From: Perkinsus chesapeaki ATCC PRA-425
Taxonomy: Eukaryota > Protista > Perkinsozoa
Assembly: GCA_013115145.1 (NCBI GenBank)
Contig: JAAPAO010000271.1
Location: forward strand, 1 to 44,309
Direction of reading: 5' to 3'
Length of the DNA stretch: 44,309 bases
In this document: positions 10,262 through 20,961 of the stretch, one piece after another
How positions within the stretch are numbered: position 1 is the first letter of the stretch
Layout: the number at the start of each line of letters is the position of its first letter
The notes under the pieces: model-generated
Told to the model about the DNA's origin: nothing
What the model saw: only the letters and a program-made list of their open reading frames with translations
Database searches by the model: none
Position numbers and translations under genes: made by a program

Positions 10262-10512
10262 TCCGATCATAACCACCTTGTATGACGAATGTTTTGCATG
10301 ACGATGTTACTGTTGTTATCGTGGCTGTTGTTAATTGTGAGTTAGACTTGAGTGCTTATATAGGCGGGCTTGGTTTGCACACAGCCAACTACAGTACTCA
10401 ACACTTCACCACAATAATCCACGGCTGGTTTAATTTTGCAGCAATCGAGCAACATGCACTGGTAACAATAATAGTAACACTTCATCTTCCTGCGGTAGGT
10501 GTGGGGTTGGGG

Positions 10513-13500
10513 CTAATCCTGGGCTCCTCCGTCAGCAGTAGGACTGCAAGTGGAGACGGCAACCTTGGTACCTCTGGCAATAAGACAGCTTACTCCTCCT
10601 TAGTCGCTGAGTTGGATCCAGTCGCACCACTTTCTTGGTTCCCCTTCTCCATATCAGGATGAGGCCGAGGGGGCGGTAGTGGCGGGGCCTGAGTGTAGCA
10701 ACTGTAACACTGCCATTAGCTCCTCTCTCTACCGCTCCCTTCTCATGCTGACCGGTTGATAATGCCCCAAGGGGTTTTCGAGTGGGAAGTGGAAGATGGT
10801 CGGAATCATCGTCCGAGGTGTTGTCGTCATCGTCGTTGGATGCTTCGTTATTCTGCTCCATGATATCGCTCGATGATGAGTCGCTGAAATCGTCATTGGT
10901 GATGAGGCTCAGTTAGTGACGACACACCTATCATCCGAGGAGATGGCCGAAACTTTCGACGCTAATTCGTTCTTCTTTTGTTTCGCCTCTGAAATACCAA
11001 AGTATTGGGCACATTCTGGCTATCTGCCTACGTCTGGCATGCTGCGCCTTGTCCCGCAGAGACATCTTCACAGGGCCACCACCCGATTGATGAGGTGACG
11101 ATGCTCCAACAGTGACATCAGCAGCAGCAGCACCGTCTTCATCTTCATTATCAACGTTGCTTTCCACAACCTTCGGTGATGGCATGCTGTTGTTATCCTC
11201 TATAGCCATCATTGGTGATCCAGGTACAACACTGAGGCAGTACTCTGGAAGCACGTATCCCTTCACCAATTACTACTTCGGCAAGGACTCTCCTCCCTCC
11301 CTGTTGTTCACTATTTTTGACAAAACCACAACTCTAGCAGCCTCTCTATGTACTTCGACAGTTCCTTAATAATAGTGCATTTAAGCCGTTATTATACTAC
11401 TGCTCCTATTACTGGGACTATCGAGCACAGTGGGGCCGGGCAAAGCTTTGAGACCCTTCTTAGGGGTCTTCTTAGGTTCATCCTGATCACTTATCAAAAA
11501 TATCAACCCGCATCATGGTTGCTACGGTAGTGATATCAATGACCGATAAGTCATGAAGAGTTTTGCGTTTGAAGTCGCTCATCGGTAGAGGTGCTGTGCT
11601 CACTGCACTCCCTGCCTCAGACTCGGCTTCGTATTTAGCATCGGCCAACGCTTTCTTCAGCTGACGACCCTCAATAATCCTAAAACCACAGCCGAGCTAA
11701 ACTTTAAAGGATAAGCAGCAGCTATCTTACGCTCCTATAATAGTGAAGACTACCGTGCCGACCACAAGGCCTATCAGCGGGCCAAAGCTTACGACAGTAA
11801 CCGAGGACGCTGTCAATCCAGCGATGGCTGACGGAGAATACTTCTATGCTTTGTTGAAAATCGTTGAGGTGGATACTGCTGCTGCTTACCAGACCAGAGT
11901 AGAGCCGGGTTCTTGATGAGGGCCAGGATGGACATGATAAACGATATCCCTAGCGTTATTGAGAGGGCCTGTGGAGGCAACGATGATACCAACTGAAGAG
12001 GTTAGCACTTACTGTGTGGCAAATCCAAGTAGTGATAAAACCACCAATATTGGATATAATAGTGCTACCAAATACAAAACCCATATTGACGCCTGAACAT
12101 CGAAAGTAGTGATGAAAATCTGAGAGTAGGAGTAGTAGTACCGAGAAGGCTGCAAAGAATATGTCTGTTGATTATGCCTGATACCAACACTAAGAGACTC
12201 TCCTTTGGTGAACCTGTTTATAAGGCTCATGATGAAACAAAGGAGAATGGTAAAGGACGCGTACTGTCGTATATCCTAAAGGCAATGAGGTTGAGAGATA
12301 TCATCACCACAGAGCTGATGAATGCAACAATGAAGCCGGGTCCCTTGGCGAGGAAGATCTATGGAGGAAGTGTGAGGGGTTAAACATTACACCACTCACT
12401 TACCAATAAAGCTATACAGATACCAATACTGAACACCAACTGATACCCAAGGAAGGCCGGCGTTGATTGATGCCGGAGCTGTGGATGATGATATGTGTTG
12501 AAGGGATGGTGGCATCCAACAACAACTCACCAATAGGATGGCGCGATTGAGAGTGAGGCCGAGGAATGTGCAAATTCCAAGCCCTATTAGGAGACTTTCC
12601 CCTTCGGTGGTGAATCCTCCTTCTTTAGAAGCTAACCCGATGCCACAAGCTATCTGTGAGGCAAGCATACAGTATCTGCTCATGACAGTGTTAATGAAGG
12701 TATAAGGATGACGCTGTTGCTGCTTCTGCTGCTAACCCGAAGTGTGGCTTAAGATCCGCCTCTGGTTTATAGGAGGCTTCACGCCTTTTAACGGTTTCGG
12801 CAGCCATAGTAGCGGCCAACGCCGACGAACATGCCTCCTTCTGACCACAGGTGACGATGATCGAGAGGATGAAAGCCGCCTTCGATCTCACCTCATCTTT
12901 GACTCGTTGCTGCTTAGCTGCGTAGGCCAGCACCCCAGCTACCAATGCTAGTAGGAGTATCTACCAACGTGCAGTGGCACAGCAGGGCAGCTGCTGCTGC
13001 TACTACTACCGGTATTAAGGCATCAAACAAGGCTTTGCCCAGTCCAAGGAGCATAGCGATAAGGAACATTGGATTGGCCAAGGTGCTGAGGTTGTCCTTA
13101 GTTATGATGAATGGGAGCAGTACAACCAAGAATAATAAAAGTATAGCAAACAAGCGTTTAACATATATTATCTGAAGGGGAGGGATTATTATGATTATGA
13201 CTAGATGGCATGGTGTCATACGCCCCTTCTCATGAACCATTTAGTGAAGAGTGTAAAGTTATAATATATCTTATCTTTGGTGCTGGCATTAGGATCTAAA
13301 CCCTCTTGTGGAGGTGGGGGAGGCTGCCTTCCCATTAGGCAGGGTAATGCAGTGCCCTTGTAATATAATGGTGGGTTATTGAGGTATCTAATCACCAACA
13401 ACAACAGCAATTGTTCATTCTCTCCACCTAAGTGCCATACTCAGCAGCCTTGCCAATGAGGATACCCAAAGGTAGCAGCTGCCAGCACAAGCTGACCATA

Positions 13501-16500
13501 CGGCCAGTCTCCCTTATCAGCTCATCATACGGCGTGTGTATCTCACCACAGCTTTGACCTGATTATATCACTAATAAGTGCCGGCGGCGGCGGCAATGTT
13601 GATGGATGAGTTCGTACATGGTTGAGGATCCCTCAATTTCTTAGAGTATAAATGAGCTCGTTCTTTGATTAGATATGCCTTCACGTTCCAATTGTCATAC
13701 CATAGCCCAAACGATGTAGGCAGCATTGATAGAGCTACATCCCAACGGATAACCTATCAATAGGAGGTGAAGGGAAGAGCAATGGAAAGCTGAGTCTGCC
13801 CTACAGACTCAGGCCCGTCCGGATCCAGCTCCTGAATATCAAGTTTGATCCAGTCGGCTAGAGGCGCGACCTAACACAGATTCAAGGAGGGCGGCGGGGG
13901 GCCAGGCGTGGATGCTTACGACATAATCTTGACCCATGAAGTGACCATTAGCACAGAGGAAGAAGATTATTAAGGAGCCGCCAGCTATAACTATAATCAT
14001 ACCACGACCAAGGAACCTATGTTGAAGATTTATAAGAAGTGTGGTATGAAATCGTACACAGTGAGAGAGTCATCCCACGGACACATCCAGTTCTTGGCAC
14101 TAAATGGATCTGTGATGATGAGGGAACGGTAGAATAGCAGCATCATACACTGTGCGGCGGCGAACACAGCGGCACGGCACCCGCTCAATATGCCTAGGGT
14201 AATAACACAGATATAGTGATAATGAGGCAGGGGGCTGAGCACCCAGCATGAGTAGCTTCTGGCATCTTGGACGAGTTGGCTTTACTGAGTACTTCGCCGC
14301 AACATACAAACCAAAGAAGTCATAGTTGATCCATCGAATGAGAACAATACTGACCTAATACAGTAAGGTGCTACGAGAGGGTTGTAGTGAGTACCTTACA
14401 ATCGAGAGGCATACGGCCGCGAAGAGTACTGCAGGCCCCTCACAACGGGGCACACCCACCGCCATAGTCAGGAACTACAAAGATGAACAACATTGGCAGG
14501 TAGGATGGTGAGTAGGCGAGTAGGGATACTTGAGAGAAGACCTCGGTGGCTGCTTGGACCCAACGCCAGGCCACTTCAGCCAGCTCTCTGATGCCAGAGA
14601 ATACATCTGGTATTTCAACAACAAGGGCTTCAATACGGATGGAGACGTCGAAGTTGAGAGAGCCTAGGGATGCTCGGACCTGACCAGGCGGAGGTGGCGG
14701 CGGTGGGGCTAGGAGGGTTCTGCAGGACCAATAGGAAGTCGAAGAAGAACTTAATGAAGGTGGAGACCGCCCGGAGGATGGTATCAATGGCAGAGGCAAC
14801 GACCTCTCCCAAACCGGGAAGATCTGCATCAGTTTTGATAGGAATGCCAATGACCAATAATCTGTGCCGCATCTCTGTAGGTTTATCCGGATCAAACGGT
14901 GATACCGATGCTCTGAGAATCGACAGGTCTAGCACAAGACCATCATAAGAGCACACTTACCGTATAATGAGGGCAAGCAGCATCAGAAGGGCCATGATTA
15001 GCTCACCAAACATTAGGGCTAGGAGGAGCCTGGAAAGGTGGATAAGTGAAAGGGCTAGTAGTATAGAATGCCGTGATCATCACCATATGGCTATCCCACC
15101 ACCAAAGAAGCCTATGAGAATAAGGCCTATGACGCGAAGAGTTCGACGGAGCGTAGTCCCTGCTGGATTTATGAGCAGACGGAACAACCTCATAGGGACC
15201 TGAGGAGGGAGCAGATGGTGATGATAGATTATTATAATGAGGGTGTTCTTACGGAAGTATTCTTCTTAACAAATCCTCGAGCGCGTGAAACATAACTGAT
15301 CAGTCTCGGATGCTTTATAGGATCGGGGCCGGTGGTACGATCGAGAGCATACCTTAAAGCGGTCCAAATAGTGTATAAGCGGAGGAGGATGTGGGGAGCC
15401 TTTACATGACTGCAAGTATTAGCAGACATATCCACGGGGTGATGTTGCTGACCCATATGGCCACCAACTCGAGAGAGATGCCCTCTCCGGTCACTTCATC
15501 ATCAAACACTGACTGAGCCTTCAGAAAAGAGCAACAACATCGCGAGTATCTGAGGTTGACGCTAGTAAGATACGCCAAAGGTTGATATATACTCTTCTTC
15601 CAACGGGCAGCATTCTCCTGTAAAGCCTGCCGTGGCGCAAGCATCATGCTTCGAGCAGGCTGCGTCACCCAGGAGGTTGACAGCACCAGAAAGCGGTATA
15701 GCACACTCGTCACTGCTCCTTCTGTTTCGTTTCATCGTACCAGAAATGCAGTCGTTGATAAGACCAGCAAAGACGGCAGTGATCGGCATGACTGCTCCAC
15801 GAGATGTCACACCTGAGAGAGTGATAAAGTAGGTAGCCCAGACTTAGGCACGTACCAGAGGCAGGAGATCCTCTTCCTTCAACATTTGACGTTACGTTTG
15901 GTATCGATGAGCCTGCTGTATGGTCCCATACTGCTGGCTGCCATGCTTCACCGTCCCATCGCTCCAGTCGTATCTAGCAACATAATACGGCCCTATAATT
16001 ACGAACTGCTGCTGCTGCTACTTACTTCATCAGCTTTATCGCAGCAATGGGCAGTGTCCCTCCCTGCGTGCCTCATTGAGATGCATCTGACATCCACTTG
16101 ACTTGACCTAAGCAAAGCAATCGTCGGTGATCTCTCGGCAACTTCAAGGGGCATGACAGCAGTAACAGAAGGACAACATATGTCCCTACCTTCCCTTTCT
16201 GATAGCTGGTGTACCAGAGAAATCCATACCAACCCACTCCTCTCCTGGTCGACACATGGCAGCAACACCCGCCTTAGACACCTAAGAAACCAATGACATA
16301 ATATGGAAGGAATAGTCCAAGCAAGGGGCGCCGCCTCACCGCGCAGAATGCTGCCCATTCAGTGCCGGTGTCGTCGCTGAAAGCTGATTCTGGTCCGTAC
16401 CTATTGAGCTGTCGAGAAGCCGGTAATAGGAGGCGTGAGGGTACATGTAAGGGTCATCCAGGGCATAGGCGGGAGGGAGAACAGTCGAGGATATGGGCTC

Positions 16501-19411
16501 ACCGAAACCTGTTACCTCATTAGTGCCTGAAATGGCATCGCTGGGATTCGAACCCACGACCCTCTCTCTGTGGGGGCTTACAATCATCATCAGAATAAAA
16601 GTGTAGTCGGCCTACTCCCCATGCTCGCTGTCGGACCCGCACAATACTGGGACATTGGCCGTACTGACCCTCGCCAAGATACGAGACACGCCACATAGAA
16701 TTAAAAAGGGACGGTCTTTTTTGCCATCCTCCACCACCGAGGCCTTTAAGACTGAATGAAGGCAATGCTCGGTACATTAGTAGCGGAACGCCAATGCTGC
16801 GTACGCCATGGTGGTCTCCCAGGCCTCGCCCGTCCACATTTGAAGGTCGACTGAGCGTGCCATCTGTGTAGCCACACCAGACTGCTTCAACCGAACACAC
16901 CTAGTAGAAATGATTAATATTGGCCTCATTACTCTTTATTCCTTACTTCACTGTGCTCGGCCTCGAGGCGCCAAAGTCAAAGCCCGTCCACGCCTCCACG
17001 CCAACACACGGGGCACAGTCGGCATGCCACAGAGTAGTGGTATCATTATCCGAAGCTCTACTTGGGGAGTTCACCCCAGTTGATGCCATCGGCTGAAATA
17101 AGGCATCAATCATAATCCAGGCGGCGTAGTTGTCCTCTGCTATCCTCACCTCACCACCCTCAAGGAAGTTATCTGGATGACATGCTGTATCAGAATACAT
17201 TTCAAGCTCGGCAATTCTCCAACCATCCCTGACATAATCACTGAGGACTATCCGCCATTGAGTTCCCAGTGCAGCGGGGTACCGTGACCATGTCCCACCG
17301 CCGACCTGATAATCATCATCATCACAATGATATTTACGATTATCGTCATTGTTGTCTGCCTACCTCAGTTAGTCTGCCCGTAATGGTCCAGACCGCAAAG
17401 TCGTTGACAATATGAGAGGTAGGGCCCTCAGTAGTGTTCCTATTCCACCATTCAAGTGTAATACTAGTAGCTTGACGATTAACCTCCTTGGCCTGGAATA
17501 TCCTAATACATCGAACCTGTCATCACCACCAACATCAACATCATCATCACTCAACCATATACTGGGCTCCTCACCTCATGAGGGGCATCGATGCCTACAT
17601 CCAGTCCTACCCAAGCGCGGAGCTGCTGCTGGAGGCTTCCGCTACCATCCACACTTTCGGTCATAACTGGTTTTCCTTGTCCAATCCATCCGGTCTTGAT
17701 ATCCCCATCAAATGCTCGGGCGGGGCCGGCAACCTGACAGCAATATTTTACCAAGATATGTCGCCCTCTCCTCCTCGTCCACCTCGGCACCATCGATGCC
17801 CGATGAGCTTGCTAATGGTGTTATACCACCTCTCACTGTAATAGCCTCGGTACCTGATAGCAACACCTTCCCTATGTATCGATGATGCTGCTGCTGCTAG
17901 CAGATGGTTTACAATCGCTATCGGTGTGCATGATAAACTCCTCTATCTCCCATTCATTGGGGGCCTCACCAGCGGCATGCTCTCTAAGTTGACCTACTTA
18001 CACCATATACCCCAACCTCGTCTGGGAAGGCAATACCGGATATCCTCCACAATGTGGCTGCCAAGGCAGGTCTTCTGTCCCATGCTCCACCACCTATCTC
18101 ACTGCAAGAAGCACCAGCATCATGGCCATGGTAAGTGTTCCCTACTTCAATGTTATCCAGCTTTCCCATTCCGATCCAGACCACCGCTGGATCCATGCCA
18201 CAGTGGCCTGCTCCTCCACCAGACGGCTTTGATATATCTTTACACACTTCACATCAAACTCCCCCAACCTCTGCACACCAATCCAAGCCGCACCAGCGTC
18301 AGCATACGAATGTACGGCCTTCCAGCCCGAGAACACGTCCCCATCAAATGCCAGGCGGCTTCTTTGGTGCTGTGATGCGTCCCCACTTGTAATGTATCTA
18401 GGAGGGTCTTGCCAGTCCTCCTCCACCGGGTCAACACTGGCTGCAGAGCACATAGTGTCAGAGTACAGGCTGAGCTCTTGGACCTGCATTCGCACTACAA
18501 ACAAGGGTGCGATGGGGCACGTTGTTATCACATTCCATGTCGTCTTTGGTCTGGCCCATTGCTCCTCGCTATGGATCATCCTCCACATTGAAGCAGCCAA
18601 TGCTGGACGCTGGTTCCAGGTACCTGAATAGACACAATATAACTAGCCATCATATCCTTAACCATTGAATACTCCCTCCGATGGCATCTTGAAAATCTGC
18701 AACTTCCCATCCTAGCCCGATCCACTTCACAATTTCCACAGAGGATGCCTGTCTTGAAGGGTCTGGTGACTGTATAAGCTTGAAGCAGGCGACCTAGAAC
18801 AATAGGATGTGCCCTTGCTCCAACACACATACAATGAGATATGACCTCTTTTGGTGCAGTAAAGAGCAGGGCTAGTGTGGCCTGACCCGAATGGCATCCT
18901 CTATTTGGATTAGCTTCATCGCTGCAATCGGCCACCCAAGCCGTGAACTCATCCTGGTCGAATGCCAATGCAGCCTCCCCTCTGATGATGACCAAACCAT
19001 CCACGCTCTTGTCCATAACAATACTTACATGCTTGCTGTTGCAGTTGGCTCGCCGTCAAGTGCATCGCCGCCGGAGCAATCTTGTTCAGAGTAGAATCTC
19101 AATTCTGACACTTCCCATTTATCCTCAACACTTGCAAAATTTCGTATACCCCACAAGTATCTGACACCTCTAGCCATGAACTAGCCATCGTTGAGCCCGC
19201 CTCACCCCGTTTGTGGTTTATTATGTTCCCACTGACCACCTTGAAAGGTCGGATTTGATATAGTAAGGGTGGTTTCCCACGTATAGCCACTCCATCGCTG
19301 TAGCAACCTAAGGTGATTACCATCGCAGGTAGTCTTCTTCTTGAAAGCAGACAATTATTTCTACGAGTGCAAAAGGATTCGAAGGAGGGTAGTAGAATGG
19401 AACCTTGCCGA

Positions 19412-19443
<32 letters not shown>

Positions 19444-20816
19444 AATACATGCTTTGTGCTGCTGTTGAGGGTGAACTTGTTGCTCTATATCCATCAGATT
19501 GCCATACCATAACGCATCTTATATCATTTACCGGACTATCTAACACACCACCAAAGCTGATACAGTAATAACAACACACCACGACGGCTCTCACTAAATT
19601 CCTGACCGATCCATGCCGACTCGGCCGGGCAGCCTGTTGGCTGGGTCGATGAGCATGATGCCATCCACGCTGTGTCCGTGTTATAATCCACAGTATCTAA
19701 TCAAACACTGCACCTGGAGCCATTGGGCAGCAGCAATCAGCCTACTAGCTGCCAGTAGAGGGTCTCCTGAAGTCCACGTCATCTCTGCTGGCGATGCGAT
19801 GACGGTGTTAATGTCAGTTAGTTCGAACCTCTCGTCACAGATAAAGTCAGAATAGAAGTGCACCTCAGCAACGGTCCATCGGTCTTCGAGCTGAAAACAA
19901 GCAGGCAATACAACTGCATCACCATGTCATGAGATGCTTCCGACATCGTCAGCGTTGGTGAGCCTCCAGAGTGTCCTAGGTGGCGCAGGCCTCTGCTGCC
20001 ATACCCCTCCCGAGAGCGCATCCAATCTGAACTCGGGCATGTACGCATGTCCTGTCCACTTTTCGACTTCAATCATTTGCCTAAACACATCATCCATCTT
20101 GTACGACTATCTATTACTGCTGCTACGTTCGCCTGGACCATATAGGCGACTGGTATATCTTCATACACTTTATACTTGGTATCGGTACTATTTGAGGATT
20201 CGGCGACTGACTCGCTGTAAGAATATACCTGAAACCAATCGATATACTAGACACTAAACCAAGGAGGGAGCTGACGTATTCCAAGCCGGATCGTTGGCAA
20301 TTGATGCGCCTATCCATTGGGTTCCTGAAACACTAGTAGATGAGCGCATCGACACCAACGGTGTACCTATGGCGCAGCCTCCTGTAGCCAGACGGCAGTC
20401 CGCTGACCATGCTGTGGTAAGGATAGAATCGAATGCTCTCACTGCGGTGTTAACTGAAGTACTCCTATTATTATATTTATTATTATCATTCACCTGTATA
20501 TTCAGTCGAATGGGAGCTCTCTGTTATGTCAGATAGTTGAACTAACTTATCATCCGCACAGTCCCTATCCAGGTACATCTTAACTTCATGGATTTCCCAG
20601 AAGTCATGCACCGGACCACCGTTAATCAGCCCTACCAAGACAGTATCAATAAAAAGCAAGTCCATCTACATCCGCACTATAAAGCTGATTCGCTGCAGTC
20701 TGTTGGCCCGTAACATTATACAGTATGATGATCCCGGCCAGGACCACTCTACGCAAGGAGGCCCCCTCCCCCCGCCCTTGCCGCTGCTGCTGCAAGTGGA
20801 GTGCTTGTAGGTGCAT
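10513..20816 (-). CDS. Giant membrane protein: signal peptide + 7 discoidin/F5-8C-like modules + Cys-rich module + >=15 hydrophobic segments + acidic/Pro-rich tail (dozens of exons)
   Basis: ATG at 20816, then RRVVLAGIIILYNVTG. Seven repeats of W-x-I/V-x-E-L/V-x-F/M-Y-x-D-x-x-C ... AFD...T-x-W ... AWIG ... V-x-C-V/I-x-I-x-Q ... W-x-G-x-x-W. Then DAACSKHDACATAGFTGECCP..RCCC. Hydrophobic exons could be chained with GT-AG introns from ~15500 to ~11650; last exon ...PTADGGAQD* at 10513. The single-gene model is inferred. Confidence 0.65.
16533..16563 (-). other. tRNA 3'-half-like fragment inside a 55-nt intron (16527-16581)
   Basis: AGGGTC GTGGG TTCGAAT CCCAG CGATGCC A: variable loop, T-arm (4/5 pairs), 7 nt plus discriminator. 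Splicing GTAAGC..TTTCAG restores YSDDDC-TNEVTGFGEPISS. Confidence 0.45.
19412..19443. repeat. (GTT)n microsatellite in an intron
   Basis: ttgttgttgtcgttgttgttgttgttgttgtt read directly. Confidence 0.85.
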
Positions 20817-20961
20817 GTTAAGAGCGAAGCATGCCTGTGTTCACTAGTGTCTGGTATTAACCACTCAACACGCCTCCAAAGTATGAATGAAATAAAAAGG
20901 ATAACAGGAAAGGTTAATACTCTTTACAAATTCTTCTTGTTATTTATAGTAGGAAATGACG

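Noticed and set aside
10298-10400. Shared block as the coding end of the giant gene (..KPAYISTQV*)
   Set aside because: Both plausible acceptors for the last intron lead to the same stop at 10513, leaving this block non-coding.
16500-16620. Complete tRNA gene (also 4700-4760)
   Set aside because: Only the 3' half is present; no matching 5' acceptor strand, D-arm or anticodon arm nearby. Kept only as fragments.
10513-20816. Stop-codon reassignment or readthrough to explain the fragmented ORFs
   Set aside because: The in-frame stops I examined fall inside canonical GT-AG introns; the standard code suffices.
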